Source: Burkholderiales bacterium
GTDB lineage: Bacteria > Pseudomonadota > Gammaproteobacteria > Burkholderiales > SG8-39
NCBI GenBank assembly: GCA_035499575.1
Contig: DATJYN010000170.1
Location: forward strand, 4,123 to 68,122
Reading direction: 5' to 3'
DNA: 64,000 nucleotides
The notes under the pieces are model-generated. The model was not told where the DNA came from, ran no database searches, and saw nothing but the letters and a program-made list of their open reading frames with translations. Shown in pieces: positions 24,143 through 34,502 of the stretch. Every line of letters begins with the position of its first letter. Positions within the stretch are counted from its first letter, which is position 1. Position numbers and translations under genes: made by a program.

Positions 24143-25657
24143 ATGCGCCTTACCGGAAGGCAGTGGTCCTGGGTGCTGCTTGGCTGCGTGATTGGACTGT
24201 ATGCCATCGCCGTCGCGCCGATCTATTTCGTCTGGAGCTTTACGCCGGACGAAGCCTGGTTCTACTCCGACGCCATCGCTTTGGCCAAGCAGGCTGCCGG
24301 ACATGGCCTGATATCGCAACACCCGCACCTCGGCTACGGTGCGTTCTTCTGGTGGTTTTACGCAAGCCTGGTCGACGCGATGCCCGCGCTGTCGGCGCTG
24401 TGGACGGCCCGCACGATCGTCTACCTGTTGACGGTATCGATCCCTGTCGCGCTCTGGGTCGGCGGCGCAAACAGGCCCATGAATGCCTGGCTCGCAGTGC
24501 TGCTCTGGATTTCCATGCCCGCGGCCTGGTGGATCGGCAAGCTGAACTCTCCTGAAATTCCCTCGCTCGCCCTGTTCGTCTGGGCGGCGGTACTGGTTGC
24601 GCGGGGCGGCCGGTACTTTCCGTTCGGCTGGCTGCTCTTTGGAATGGCCGCGGGCCTGAAGCTGACGGCGCTGGGCGCCCTGCCAATCGTGACTGGCTTG
24701 AGTCTCGCCGCGCTGAAATCGGGCAAACCCGCCGACTGGCTGCGCCACGGTCTCGTGGCGGGCCTGGCCGCGTTGGCCGGATATCTCGTGATGAATCCGC
24801 TCGCCATGCTCGGCCCGGTTGATTTTTGGAGAGAACTCCTCGGCGCCGGCAGCCCGACTGATTTCTCGGCCTCCGCGCTGAAGCGCGTTCTTTGGGATGA
24901 ATCCTGGACATGGGATGCATTGCCCGCGGGCGGAATCTTCGCGCAGGGAATGTACTTTCCTTCCTTCTGCCTCGCCGGCCTTGCCATCGCCATCGCTGCC
25001 GTCCGGGGCCGCGATTCCCGTTATCTGCTGGCGGCCTTCGTCCTGACCATCGCGCTCGCCGCGCCGATCTATTTTCGCGAGAAATTCCTGCTCTGGTATG
25101 CGTTCCCACCGCTGCTGGGCGTTGCGTTTCTCGCCGGCCGCGTGGAAACCGCGCGACCGGCCACCCTGCTGCTGGCGTCAGCCTTTTGCCTGCAGTTCGT
25201 CGCCGGCGTTCCACTGATTGCCCGGTCGTATCAGTTGAAGCTGTGGCATGCGGCCGATCTGCGCGAAATCACGACGACTTCGAATTTCGTCGCTTCGCAG
25301 CTCGAACGCTGGGGCGATGTCAGGCTGGCGATCGATTTGTCCGAGGTCGGCACCGGCCTCCTGCCTCCCGACCAGATGAAGATACCGGCGCGGGGCATCC
25401 GTTACCTGCGGGAATTCGACGCGTCGCGCGTCATTTCTTCCGGCCTGGCCAAGCTCGGTCCCACGGAAGGCACTCTCGTCATCGTCATCGGCAACAGGCT
25501 TGCTTCCATTGTGCCGGGCTATGACCTGAGCGCGAAGTTGCGGGATCCGGACTGGCGGGGCCGCTACGTACTGCTGGAGGAAATTCAATCGAAGAACCTG
25601 CGCCTGTACCGTTTCCGCTATCAACCCGGAGCTCGGGCCGGGGCTCCCGCGGCTTAG
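24143..25657 (+). CDS. polytopic membrane protein, GT-C-like (ArnT/PMT-like) glycosyltransferase candidate with a C-terminal soluble domain
   Basis: 504 aa, starting 3 nt after the previous stop. After TM1 (WVLLGCVIGLYAIAVAPIYFVW) comes an acidic loop FTPDEAWFYSDA, then about 10 more helices and a ~140-aa soluble tail. Confidence 0.6.
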   Translation: MRLTGRQWSWVLLGCVIGLYAIAVAPIYFVWSFTPDEAWFYSDAIALAKQAAGHGLISQHPHLGYGAFFWWFYASLVDAMPALSALWTARTIVYLLTVSIPVALWVGGANRPMNAWLAVLLWISMPAAWWIGKLNSPEIPSLALFVWAAVLVARGGRYFPFGWLLFGMAAGLKLTALGALPIVTGLSLAALKSGKPADWLRHGLVAGLAALAGYLVMNPLAMLGPVDFWRELLGAGSPTDFSASALKRVLWDESWTWDALPAGGIFAQGMYFPSFCLAGLAIAIAAVRGRDSRYLLAAFVLTIALAAPIYFREKFLLWYAFPPLLGVAFLAGRVETARPATLLLASAFCLQFVAGVPLIARSYQLKLWHAADLREITTTSNFVASQLERWGDVRLAIDLSEVGTGLLPPDQMKIPARGIRYLREFDASRVISSGLAKLGPTEGTLVIVIGNRLASIVPGYDLSAKLRDPDWRGRYVLLEEIQSKNLRLYRFRYQPGARAGAPAA

Positions 25658-25665
25658 GGAGCGGC

Positions 25666-25671
25666 TATAAT
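25666..25671 (+). promoter_or_regulatory. candidate -10 box (TATAAT) immediately upstream of the small secreted-protein gene
   Basis: A perfect TATAAT read directly, ending 6 nt before the GTG at 25678. No -35 was identified. Confidence 0.2.
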
Positions 25672-25677
25672 CCTTCG

Positions 25678-25998
25678 GTGATCCGCAGCTATTGCACTGC
25701 CGTGCTCCTGATCTTTGCCGCGGGCGCCGTGTTGGCGCAGTCCGTGTTGCGGACCATTCCGGCCGATGCCAAGCGCGGCACCATGAGCCACGTGCAGGGC
25801 ATGACCGTCAGCATCGACGGCAAGAAAGTCGACCTCGCCGCGGGCGCTCAGATCCGCGACGACCGCAACATGATCCTGGTGCCGACGGCGTTGCCGAAAG
25901 GCGTGCTGGTGAAATACCAGCTCGGCGGGGACGGCAAACTTTCGCGCGCATGGATCCTCTCGCCGCAGGAAGCCGCGCAACCCGATCCGAAGAAGTAG
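25678..25998 (+). CDS. hypothetical secreted/periplasmic protein
   Basis: 106 aa with a GTG start. Signal peptide [22 protein letters not shown]. No recognisable motif. Confidence 0.5.
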   Translation: MIRSYCTAVLLIFAAGAVLAQSVLRTIPADAKRGTMSHVQGMTVSIDGKKVDLAAGAQIRDDRNMILVPTALPKGVLVKYQLGGDGKLSRAWILSPQEAAQPDPKK

Positions 25999-26011
25999 CG
26001 CGGTTACGACC

Positions 26012-27340
26012 ATGGCAGGGAAGTTCTACATCCGCACCTTCGGCTGCCAGATGAACGAGTACGACTCGGAGAAAATCTCCGCCGTGCTCGCCGCCGCCGG
26101 CGGCCTCGCGCCGACGGCCAGCCCCGAGCACGCGGACCTGATCGTCTACAACACCTGCTCGGTGCGCGAAAAGGCGCAGGAAAAAGTGTTCGCCGACCTG
26201 GGCCGCGCCAAGCAGATGAAGCGCACGAACCCGGAGTTGATGATCGCGGTCGGCGGCTGCGTCGCCAGCCAGGAAGGCGCCGCCATCGTCGAGCGCGCGC
26301 CCTACGTCGACGTGGTTTTCGGGCCGCAGACGCTGCACCGCCTGCCCGAACTCCTTGCCCGGCGCCGCTCCAGCGGCCAATCGCAGGTCGACATCAGCTT
26401 TCCCGAGATCGAAAAATTCGACCACCTGCCGCCGGCGCGCGCGGAGGGTGCCGCGGCTTACGTTTCCATCATGGAAGGCTGCAGCAAATACTGCAGTTTC
26501 TGCGTCGTGCCCTATACGCGCGGACCCGAAATCTCGCGGCCGTTTGACGACGTGGTCGCCGAGATCGCTGCGCTTGCGGCGCAGGGCGCCAAGGAAGTCA
26601 CGCTGCTGGGGCAGAACGTCAATGCCTGGCGCGGGGAAATCGAAGGCACGGCGCAGGACTTTGCAGAGTTGCTTTTGTACATCGCCGAAATTGAAGGCAT
26701 CGAGCGGATTCGCTACACCACCTCGCACCCACGCGAGTTCACGCAGCGGCTGATCAACGCGCACGCCGAACTACCTTCGCTCGCTGCGCATGTCCACCTG
26801 CCGGTGCAGTCGGGCTCGGAGCGCGTGCTGGCGGCGATGAAGCGCGGCTACACGGCGCTCGAGTACCGCTCCATCGTGCGCCGGCTGCGCAAGGCGCGGC
26901 CGGGGGTTTCGCTGTCTTCCGACTTCATCGTGGGCTTCCCGGGCGAAAGCGAAGCCGACTTCGAGGCCACGCTCGCGCTCGTGCGCGAGCTGGAATTCGA
27001 CGATTCCTACTCCTTCCTCTACAGCCCGCGCCCCGGCACGCCGGCCGCCGAGATGGAAGACGCAGTCCCCCAGGCGGAGAAACTTGGGCGCCTGCAGCGC
27101 TTGCAGGCGCAGATCGAAGCGCAGGCGGGCGCGGCCAGCGCGGCCATGGTCGGCAGCGTTCAGCGCGCCCTCGTCGTGGGTCCCTCCAGGCGCGATGCGA
27201 AGGAACTCGCCGCACGCACGGCGAACAACCGCACGGTGAACTTCCCGGGCGGCATGGAGCTCGTCAATCAATTCGCGGACGTCAGGATCACCGAGGCGAG
27301 GCACCACACGCTGCGCGGCGAACTGGTGCATGCGAGCTAA
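26012..27340 (+). CDS. miaB: tRNA-2-methylthio-N6-dimethylallyladenosine synthase
   Basis: 442 aa. N-terminal [16 protein letters not shown] and radical-SAM cluster motif [15 protein letters not shown]. Lies in miaB-phoH-ybeY-corC-lnt synteny. Confidence 0.95.
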   Translation: MAGKFYIRTFGCQMNEYDSEKISAVLAAAGGLAPTASPEHADLIVYNTCSVREKAQEKVFADLGRAKQMKRTNPELMIAVGGCVASQEGAAIVERAPYVDVVFGPQTLHRLPELLARRRSSGQSQVDISFPEIEKFDHLPPARAEGAAAYVSIMEGCSKYCSFCVVPYTRGPEISRPFDDVVAEIAALAAQGAKEVTLLGQNVNAWRGEIEGTAQDFAELLLYIAEIEGIERIRYTTSHPREFTQRLINAHAELPSLAAHVHLPVQSGSERVLAAMKRGYTALEYRSIVRRLRKARPGVSLSSDFIVGFPGESEADFEATLALVRELEFDDSYSFLYSPRPGTPAAEMEDAVPQAEKLGRLQRLQAQIEAQAGAASAAMVGSVQRALVVGPSRRDAKELAARTANNRTVNFPGGMELVNQFADVRITEARHHTLRGELVHAS

Positions 27341-28313
27341 GCCCGCAGTTCGTCCCACGGTTCGCCCCCTGGAAGTCCGTCTCGACCCGGTCGACAACCG
27401 GCGCCTGGCGCGACTGTGCGGCGCGCTGGACGAGAACCTGCGCCAGATCGAAGCCGCACTGGACGTCGAAATCGCCCGCCGCGGCGCACGCTTCTCGGTG
27501 CGCGGCGAGCAGGCGGCGCGTGCAGCGCAGGCGATCGAGCACTTCTACGGTCTGGCCGATGGCGACCTGACGATCGACGATGTCCAGCTCGGCCTTGCCG
27601 AAGTTTCAAGGAAGGGTTTTCAGAAGCAGGGCGAGAACGGTTCCCTGCTGCTGACGCGGCGGCCCGAACTGCACGGCCGGACGCCGCACCAGGTGCAGTA
27701 CATCGACAACATCCTCGCGCACGACATCACGCTCGGCGTCGGCCCGGCCGGCACCGGCAAGACCTACCTCGCGGTCGCCTGCGCGGTGGATGCGCTCAAG
27801 CGCGACAAGGTGAAGCGCATCGTGCTGGTGCGCCCCGCGGTCGAGGCCGGCGAACGCCTCGGCTTCCTGCCGGGCGACCTCGCGCAGAAGGTGGACCCGT
27901 ACCTGCGGCCGCTCTACGACGCACTCTACGATCTCATGGGCTTCGACGAAACGGCCAAGCTGCTCGAGCGCGGCACCATCGAGCTCGCGCCGCTCGCCTA
28001 CATGCGCGGCCGGACGCTGAACCACGCCTTCGTCATCCTCGACGAGGCGCAGAACACCACGCCCGAGCAGATGAAGATGTTCCTCACGCGCATCGGTTTC
28101 GGCGCCAAGGCGGTAGTCACCGGCGACGTCACGCAGATCGACCTGCAGCGCGGCCAGAAGAGCGGCCTGGTGGAGGCGCGGCGCATCCTCGCGGACGTGC
28201 GCGGCATCGCGTTCACGGACTTCACGGCCGCCGACGTGGTGCGCCACCCGCTGGTGGCGCGCATCATCGATGCCTACGAAAACGACGCCGAAAAAAATCC
28301 GCCGTCGAAGTAA
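27330..28313 (+). CDS. ybeZ: PhoH-family ATPase (YbeZ)
   Basis: 327 aa. Walker [12 protein letters not shown] and the conserved ILDEAQNTT and [11 protein letters not shown] motifs. Confidence 0.93.
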   Translation: MRAKPAVRPTVRPLEVRLDPVDNRRLARLCGALDENLRQIEAALDVEIARRGARFSVRGEQAARAAQAIEHFYGLADGDLTIDDVQLGLAEVSRKGFQKQGENGSLLLTRRPELHGRTPHQVQYIDNILAHDITLGVGPAGTGKTYLAVACAVDALKRDKVKRIVLVRPAVEAGERLGFLPGDLAQKVDPYLRPLYDALYDLMGFDETAKLLERGTIELAPLAYMRGRTLNHAFVILDEAQNTTPEQMKMFLTRIGFGAKAVVTGDVTQIDLQRGQKSGLVEARRILADVRGIAFTDFTAADVVRHPLVARIIDAYENDAEKNPPSK

Positions 28314-28722
28314 GGTCGCGGTGCAGCGCGCCGCTGCCGGAGCGCCTTCGGCCGCACTGCTCAGTCGATTCGCGCGCGCGGCCCTGCCGGCCGGCTCCAC
28401 GGTCACCGTGCGCGTCGTCGCCGCGCGGGAAGGCAGGCTGCTCAACCGCAGCTTCCGCAAGCGGGACTATGCGACCAACGTACTGTCGTTCTCGTATGGC
28501 AACGGTCGCGGCGACATCGTGCTGTGCCACCCCGTGATCGCCAGGGAAGCGCGCAAGCAGGGCAAGAGCCTGCGCGCGCACTATGCGCACATGGTCGTGC
28601 ACGGCATCCTGCACCTGCGCGGCCACGATCACCTGCGCAAATCCGACGCGGCGCGCATGGAGCGAAGGGAAATCGGTCTCCTGCGGCGACTCGGGTTCGA
28701 CGACCCGTACACGTTAAAATAG
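28270..28722 (+). CDS. ybeY: rRNA maturation endoribonuclease YbeY
   Basis: 150 aa with the zinc motif HGILHLRGHDH. The start is uncertain; an alternative GTG lies at 28321. Confidence 0.9.
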   Translation: MPTKTTPKKIRRRSKVAVQRAAAGAPSAALLSRFARAALPAGSTVTVRVVAAREGRLLNRSFRKRDYATNVLSFSYGNGRGDIVLCHPVIAREARKQGKSLRAHYAHMVVHGILHLRGHDHLRKSDAARMERREIGLLRRLGFDDPYTLK

Positions 28723-28736
28723 CCTTCCCGCCTGCA

Positions 28737-29561
28737 ATGACCGATCCCGCCCGACCCCGCCTGCTCGAACGACTTTCGGCGCTGCTGCTGCGCGAGCCGG
28801 CGGACCGGCCGGGGCTCACGCGCCTGCTGCGCTCGGCCTACCAGCGCAACCTGCTGGATGCGGACGCGCTCTCGATCATCGAAGGCGCGCTCACCGTGTC
28901 GGAGATGCAGGTGCGCGACATCATGATCCCGCGCGCGCAGATGGACGTCATCGACATCCACTCCAAGGTGGAGGATTTCATCACGCAGGTCATCGGCACC
29001 GCGCATTCGCGCTTCCCGGTGATCGACCAGAGCCGCGACGACGTGATCGGCGTGCTGCTCGCCAAGGACCTGCTGCGCCATTACGCGGGCGAGGAGCAGT
29101 TCAACGTGCGCGAGATGCTGCGCCCGGCGATCTTCGTGCCCGAGTCGAAGCGCCTGAACGTGCTGCTGCGCGAGTTCCGCGCCAGCCGCAACCACATGGC
29201 GATCGTGGTGGACGAATACGGCGGCGCGGCGGGCCTGGTCACCATCGAGGACGTGCTGGAACAGATCGTCGGCGACATCGAGGACGAATACGACTTCGAC
29301 GAGGCGAGCGACAACATCCTGCCCGAGCCTGGCGGCCGCTACCGCGTCAAGGCGCTCACGCAGATCGCCGATTTCAACGCCGCGTTCGGCACCCACTTCT
29401 CCGACGAGGAGCACGACACCGTCGGCGGCCTGGTGATCGCGCACCTCGGCCGGCTGCCGAAGCGCGGCGAGGCGCTCGCCATCGGCGGCCTCAAATTCCA
29501 GGTGCTGCGCGCCGACAGCCGCCGCGTCTACACGCTGATCGTGGAGAAGCCCAGGACGTGA
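28737..29561 (+). CDS. corC: CBS-domain magnesium/cobalt efflux-associated protein CorC (YbeX)
   Basis: The internal ATG at 28737 gives MTDPARPRLLERL... It has a CBS pair and a C-terminal CorC/HlyC transporter-associated domain. The longer ORF-track start overlaps ybeY. Confidence 0.9.
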   Translation: MTDPARPRLLERLSALLLREPADRPGLTRLLRSAYQRNLLDADALSIIEGALTVSEMQVRDIMIPRAQMDVIDIHSKVEDFITQVIGTAHSRFPVIDQSRDDVIGVLLAKDLLRHYAGEEQFNVREMLRPAIFVPESKRLNVLLREFRASRNHMAIVVDEYGGAAGLVTIEDVLEQIVGDIEDEYDFDEASDNILPEPGGRYRVKALTQIADFNAAFGTHFSDEEHDTVGGLVIAHLGRLPKRGEALAIGGLKFQVLRADSRRVYTLIVEKPRT

Positions 29562-31033
29562 GGTTCATGCCTCAGGCCGCCGCCTTCGTCGCGGGCGCGG
29601 CTGCGGTGCTCGGTTTTTCGCCGGTCGATTTTTTCCCCGCCACGCTGGCCGCGCTGGCCGTGCTGGTGCACCTCTGGATGCGCGCGACTTCGCCGCGCGC
29701 CGCACTCGGACTCGGATACTTTTTCGGCCTGGGTCTGTACGGCGCCGGCGCGTCCTGGGTGTACGTCAGCCTGAACCGCTTCGGCGCCATGCCGCTGCCG
29801 CTCGCCGCGGTGGCCACCCTGTGCTGGTGCGCCTTCCTGGCGCTTTTCCCCGCGCTCGGCGGCTGGCTGCAGGCTCGTATCGCCCGCGACAGCGACGCGC
29901 CCGCCGCACTGCGCGCGGCGCTCCTGATCCCCGCCGCCTGGGTGCTGGCCGAATGGCCGCTCAGCTGGTTCCTGACCGGCTTTCCCTGGCTCTCGCTCGG
30001 CTACACGGCAATCGACGGCCCGCTCTCGGGATTTGCGCCGGTGGGCGGCGTCTATGCGGTGTCGCTCGCGACGGCAATCGCAGCCGGGCTGCTGTGGTGC
30101 GCCGCGCTGAGACACGCGCGGTGGATGGCCGTAAGCACGCTCGCGTTGCTCGTCGCCTGCGGCTACGAACTGCGTGTCACGGAGTGGACCACGCCTGTAG
30201 GCGAGCCGCTGCGCGTCGCGCTCCTGCAGGGCAATGTGCCGCAGGACATGAAGTTCGATCCTGCGCGCTACCAAAACACCCTCGACACCTATGCGCGCCT
30301 GGTGGAAGGTAGTACAGCGCACCTGATCGTGCTGCCCGAGACGGCGGTGCCGCGCTTCCTCGACCTGGTCGAACCCGCCTACCTGGAGCGGCTCAAGGCG
30401 GCGGCGGTTCGCAATGGCGGCGATTTGCTGCTAGGCGTTCCCGTGCGCAACGGCGCGGGGGACTACCTGAACAGCGCGATCAGCCTGGGCGTTTCGCCTT
30501 CCGCCTCCTACGACAAGGTCCATCTCGTGCCCTTCGGTGAATTCGTGCCGCCGGGTTTCGGCTGGATCGTGCGCGTGCTGTCGATCCCGCTGGCGGATTT
30601 CACTCGCGGCGCCGCGGACCAGCGGCCGCTCGCCATCGCCGGCCAGCGCGTGGCCGTCAACGTGTGCTACGAGGACGCCTACGGCGCCGAAATCATCCGC
30701 CAGTTGCCCGAGGCGACGCTGCTGGTGAACGTGTCGAACGTGGCCTGGTTCGGCGACTCGCTTGCCCCGGCGCAGCACCTGCAGATTGCCCGCATGCGCG
30801 CGCTGGAGACCGGCCGCGTCTACCTCACCGCGGCCAACACCGGCATCACCGCCGCGATCTGGCCCGACGCGTCGGTGCGCCACCGGATGAAGCAATTCGC
30901 CGAGGGGCGCATCGAATTCGAAGTGCGCGGCTACAGCGGCGCGACGCCCTACGTGCGTTACGGCGACTGGCCGGCGGTCGTGCTCGCGACGCTGGCGCTC
31001 GCAATCGTCGCGCTGCGAAGGCGCTCCCGGTAA
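29558..31033 (+). CDS. lnt: apolipoprotein N-acyltransferase
   Basis: 491 aa. N-terminal multi-TM region plus a CN-hydrolase domain (VLPETAVP, YDKVHLVPFGEFVP, VNVCYEDAY). The start is either GTG 29558 or ATG 29567. Confidence 0.9.
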   Translation: MRFMPQAAAFVAGAAAVLGFSPVDFFPATLAALAVLVHLWMRATSPRAALGLGYFFGLGLYGAGASWVYVSLNRFGAMPLPLAAVATLCWCAFLALFPALGGWLQARIARDSDAPAALRAALLIPAAWVLAEWPLSWFLTGFPWLSLGYTAIDGPLSGFAPVGGVYAVSLATAIAAGLLWCAALRHARWMAVSTLALLVACGYELRVTEWTTPVGEPLRVALLQGNVPQDMKFDPARYQNTLDTYARLVEGSTAHLIVLPETAVPRFLDLVEPAYLERLKAAAVRNGGDLLLGVPVRNGAGDYLNSAISLGVSPSASYDKVHLVPFGEFVPPGFGWIVRVLSIPLADFTRGAADQRPLAIAGQRVAVNVCYEDAYGAEIIRQLPEATLLVNVSNVAWFGDSLAPAQHLQIARMRALETGRVYLTAANTGITAAIWPDASVRHRMKQFAEGRIEFEVRGYSGATPYVRYGDWPAVVLATLALAIVALRRRSR

Positions 31034-31045
31034 AATCTGCGCGCA

Positions 31046-31939
31046 ATGCTTACTTTCCAGCAGCTCATCCTCCGCTTGAACGATTTCTGGGACCGCAGGG
31101 GCTGCGCGCTACTGCAGCCCTACGACATGGAAATGGGTGCCGGCACCTTCCACACCGCGACCTTCTTGCACGCCATCGGCCCGGAGCCTTGGAACGCGGC
31201 CTACGTGCAGCCCTCGCGCCGGCCCAAGGACGGGCGCTACGGCGACAACCCGAACCGGCTGCAGCACTACTACCAGTACCAGGTGGCGCTCAAGCCCTCG
31301 CCGGCCGACATTCAGGACATCTATCTCGAATCGCTGGTCGCGCTCGGCATCGATCCGAAGGAGCACGATATCCGCTTCGTCGAAGACGACTGGGAATCCC
31401 CGACGCTCGGCGCCTGGGGCCTGGGCTGGGAAGTGTGGCTGGACGGCATGGAAGTCACGCAGTTCACCTACTTCCAGCAGGTCGGCGGGCTCGACTGCAA
31501 GCCGGTGTTGGGGGAAATCACCTACGGCCTCGAGCGCCTGGCGATGTACCTCCAGGGCAAGGACAGCATCTTCGACCTGGTCTGGACGCCGGGCCACGGG
31601 ACCGCGTCCCGTCCCGTTCTCTATCGGGACGTCTATCACCAGAACGAAGTCGAGCAGTCGCGCTACAACTTCGAGCTCTCTAACGTCGAGATGCTGTTAC
31701 GCCATTTCGCGGATTTCGAATCGGAAGCGAAGCGCCTGATCGACGCGCAGTGCGTGCTGCCGGCCTACGAGATGGTGCTGAAGAGCTCGCATGCCTTCAA
31801 CCTGCTCGATGCGCGCGGCGCCATCTCGGTCACCGAGCGCGCCGCCTACATCGGCCGCGTCCGGACGCTGGCCCGCGCCGTCGCCCAGGCCTACTACGAG
31901 TCGCGCGAGCGGCTCGGCTTCCCGATGGTGAAGAAGTGA
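31046..31939 (+). CDS. glyQ: glycine--tRNA ligase alpha subunit
   Basis: 297 aa with the highly conserved N-terminus [36 protein letters not shown]. Confidence 0.97.
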   Translation: MLTFQQLILRLNDFWDRRGCALLQPYDMEMGAGTFHTATFLHAIGPEPWNAAYVQPSRRPKDGRYGDNPNRLQHYYQYQVALKPSPADIQDIYLESLVALGIDPKEHDIRFVEDDWESPTLGAWGLGWEVWLDGMEVTQFTYFQQVGGLDCKPVLGEITYGLERLAMYLQGKDSIFDLVWTPGHGTASRPVLYRDVYHQNEVEQSRYNFELSNVEMLLRHFADFESEAKRLIDAQCVLPAYEMVLKSSHAFNLLDARGAISVTERAAYIGRVRTLARAVAQAYYESRERLGFPMVKK

Positions 31940-33972
31940 ACGAAACGACTCTACTAGTCGAATTGCTTACGGAGGAGTTGCCGCCGAAGTCGCTGCAGGC
32001 GCTCGGCAATGCATTCGCGGATCAACTGGTGGCGGAAATCATCAAGCACAGGCTCAGGAATCACGATCCCAAGAGGGAAGTGTTCGCGACACCGCGAAGG
32101 CTGGCCGTGCTCATTCGGGGCGCGCATGAGAAGTCTCCCGAATCACCGCATACCGTCGAGGGGCCGGCGAGTTCGAACGCCAAAGCGGTTGAAGGCTTCG
32201 CCAGAAAGCACAAGGTCGCGCCGGAGTCGCTTGCGCGTATACAAACGGCCAAGGGCGAGATCGTTGTCGCGAATCTCACCTTGCCCGGGGTTCATCTCGA
32301 TGCCGTCCTTGCAAGCATTGTCGAAGGGATCCTGAAGAAGCTCCCGGTTCCGAAAATGATGCGCTGGGGCTCGGGCGACGCGCAGTTCGTGCGGCCGGTA
32401 CATGGGTTGGTGATGCTGCACGGCTCCAGGGTCGTCCCGGGAATGGTTCTCGGCCTGGAAGCCGGCAATAAGACCAGGGGCCACCGCTTCATGGGCAAGA
32501 GCGAGATCGCCCTCGCAAATGCTGAAGAGTACGAGAAAAAACTCCTGGATGAAGGGATGGTAGTCGCCGACTTCGAGAAACGGAAATCGGAGATCGACAG
32601 GCAGCTGCAGGCCGAGGCGAAGAAGCAGAACGCGAGCCTGAACGAATATCAGGCCCTGCTTGACGAGGTCACGGCGCTGGTCGAGTACCCGAGCATCTAC
32701 GTCGGCGAGTTCGACAAGGCTTTCCTCGAAGTGCCGCAGGAATGCCTGATCCTCACCATGCGGCAGAACCAGAAGTACTTCCCGCTCTTCGATGCCGCCG
32801 GCAAGCTGACCGGGAAGTTCCTGATCGTCTCCAACATGAAGGTCGAAGATCCGCACAACATCATTGACGGCAACCAGCGCGTGGTGCGCCCGCGGCTAGA
32901 GGACGCGCGCTTCTTCTACAACCAGGATCGCAAGACGCGGCTGGAAGAACGCATCCCGCAGCTGGCGAATGTCGTCTACCACAACAAGCTCGGCAGCCAG
33001 CTCGACCGCACGCAGCGCGTCAAGCTGCTGGCCGGCAAAATCGCCCGCGTTCTCGGCGCCGACGCGCTGCAAACGGAGCGCGCCGCCGAGCTTGCCAAGG
33101 CCGACCTGCTGACCGGCATGGTCGGCGAATTCCCGGAACTGCAGGGCATCATGGGTCGCTACTACGCAATGCACGACAAGGAGCCGGCCGCGGTGGCGGA
33201 CGCGATCGAGGCGCACTACCGCCCGCGCTTCGCAGGCGACCGCCTGCCCGAAGGCGCGATCGCCTGTGCGGTTGCCCTTGCCGACAAGCTGGACGCGATT
33301 GCGGGTCTCTTCAGCATCGGCCAACAACCGACCGGCGACAAGGACCCCTTCGGCCTGCGACGCGCCGCGCTCGGCGTGGTGCGCATCCTGGTCGAGCGCA
33401 AGCTCCACCTGTCGCTGAAGGAGCTGATCCACGCTGCGTTCGAGCCGTTCGCCGAGAAACCGCACACGCAGCTGCGGGATTTCCTGTTCGACCGTTTCGC
33501 CAGCTACCTGAAGGAGCAGGGCTACTCCACGCTGCAGGTGGAAGCGGTGCTTTCGAAGATGCCGGTGAACCTCGGCGTGGTGCCGCAGCAGCTCGAAGCG
33601 GTGAAGATGTTCCAGACGTTGCCAGAGGCGGAGAGCCTCGCGGCCGCCAACAAGCGCGTCGCCAACATCCTCAAGCAGGCCGAAGCGAAAGGAGAAAAAT
33701 TCGAGGCCGGCGAATTGAGGGAGCCTGCCGAACAGGCGCTGCTCGCCGCGATTCAGCGCGCCTCGGCAAATGGCAAGCAACTCTACGAGCAAGGCGATTA
33801 CGCGGGGTACTTGAAGAGTTTCTCCGTATTGAAGGGACCGGTTGACGCCTTCTTCGAAAAGGTCATGGTCATGGTCGACGACGACAGGCTGCGCAGCAGC
33901 CGCCTCGCGCTGCTTCGCGACCTGCGTGACGCCATGAACCGCGTCGCAGACCTCTCCAAACTCGCTGCATGA
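31936..33972 (+). CDS. glyS: glycine--tRNA ligase beta subunit
   Basis: The GTG at 31936 overlaps the glyQ stop as GTGA. N-terminus [20 protein letters not shown], typical of GlyS. Confidence 0.95.
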   Translation: MNETTLLVELLTEELPPKSLQALGNAFADQLVAEIIKHRLRNHDPKREVFATPRRLAVLIRGAHEKSPESPHTVEGPASSNAKAVEGFARKHKVAPESLARIQTAKGEIVVANLTLPGVHLDAVLASIVEGILKKLPVPKMMRWGSGDAQFVRPVHGLVMLHGSRVVPGMVLGLEAGNKTRGHRFMGKSEIALANAEEYEKKLLDEGMVVADFEKRKSEIDRQLQAEAKKQNASLNEYQALLDEVTALVEYPSIYVGEFDKAFLEVPQECLILTMRQNQKYFPLFDAAGKLTGKFLIVSNMKVEDPHNIIDGNQRVVRPRLEDARFFYNQDRKTRLEERIPQLANVVYHNKLGSQLDRTQRVKLLAGKIARVLGADALQTERAAELAKADLLTGMVGEFPELQGIMGRYYAMHDKEPAAVADAIEAHYRPRFAGDRLPEGAIACAVALADKLDAIAGLFSIGQQPTGDKDPFGLRRAALGVVRILVERKLHLSLKELIHAAFEPFAEKPHTQLRDFLFDRFASYLKEQGYSTLQVEAVLSKMPVNLGVVPQQLEAVKMFQTLPEAESLAAANKRVANILKQAEAKGEKFEAGELREPAEQALLAAIQRASANGKQLYEQGDYAGYLKSFSVLKGPVDAFFEKVMVMVDDDRLRSSRLALLRDLRDAMNRVADLSKLAA

Positions 33973-34502
33973 AGCTCGTCATCCTCGACCGCGACGGCAC
34001 CATCAACCAGGACAGCGACCAGTACATCAAATCGCCTTCGGAGTGGAAGCCGATCCCGGGCAGCCTCGAAGCGATCGCGCGCCTCACGCAGGCCGGCTGG
34101 CGCGTCGTCGTGGCGACCAACCAGTCGGGCATCGCGCGCGGGCTGTTCGACATGTCGACGCTGAACGCGATCCACGCCGAGCTGCACCGCGCGGTCAACC
34201 TGGCAGGCGGACGCATCGACGCGATCTTCTTCTGCCCGCACGCCGCGGATGCCGATTGCGAATGCCGCAAGCCCAAGCCCGGCCTGCTGCGCGAGATCGC
34301 CAAGCGCATGGACGTCGACCTGGCCGGCGTGCCGATGGTCGGCGACTCGCTGCGCGACCTGCAAGCGGCAGCGGCTGTCGGCGCCAGCCCGTACCTCGTC
34401 CTAACCGGCAAGGGAAAAAGGACGCGCGAAACCGGCGGCCTGCCGCAGGGCACGGAGATCGTCGCCGACCTCGCCGAAATCGCGGCGCGGCTCGCTCCAT
34501 GA
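33969..34502 (+). CDS. gmhB: D-glycero-beta-D-manno-heptose-1,7-bisphosphate 7-phosphatase
   Basis: 177 aa. HAD-IIIA motifs LDRDGTIN, VATNQSG and the zinc/loop motif CPHAADADCECRKPKPGL. ATGA overlap with glyS. Confidence 0.85.
   Translation: MKLVILDRDGTINQDSDQYIKSPSEWKPIPGSLEAIARLTQAGWRVVVATNQSGIARGLFDMSTLNAIHAELHRAVNLAGGRIDAIFFCPHAADADCECRKPKPGLLREIAKRMDVDLAGVPMVGDSLRDLQAAAAVGASPYLVLTGKGKRTRETGGLPQGTEIVADLAEIAARLAP

Noticed and set aside
16179-25657. Whether the glyco-module is a classical integrase-borne genomic island at the tRNA.
   Set aside because: I found no integrase, transposase or phage gene, and no repeat of the tRNA 3' end near 25658-26011. Horizontal origin remains a hypothesis to test by comparative genomics and is not called as a mobile element.
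25678-25998. Whether the small secreted protein belongs to the glycosylation module (it starts 20 nt after the second GT-C-like gene).
   Set aside because: It may have its own TATAAT-like element and has no informative motif. Proximity alone is insufficient. It is listed as a separate hypothetical protein whose membership could be settled by co-conservation analysis.
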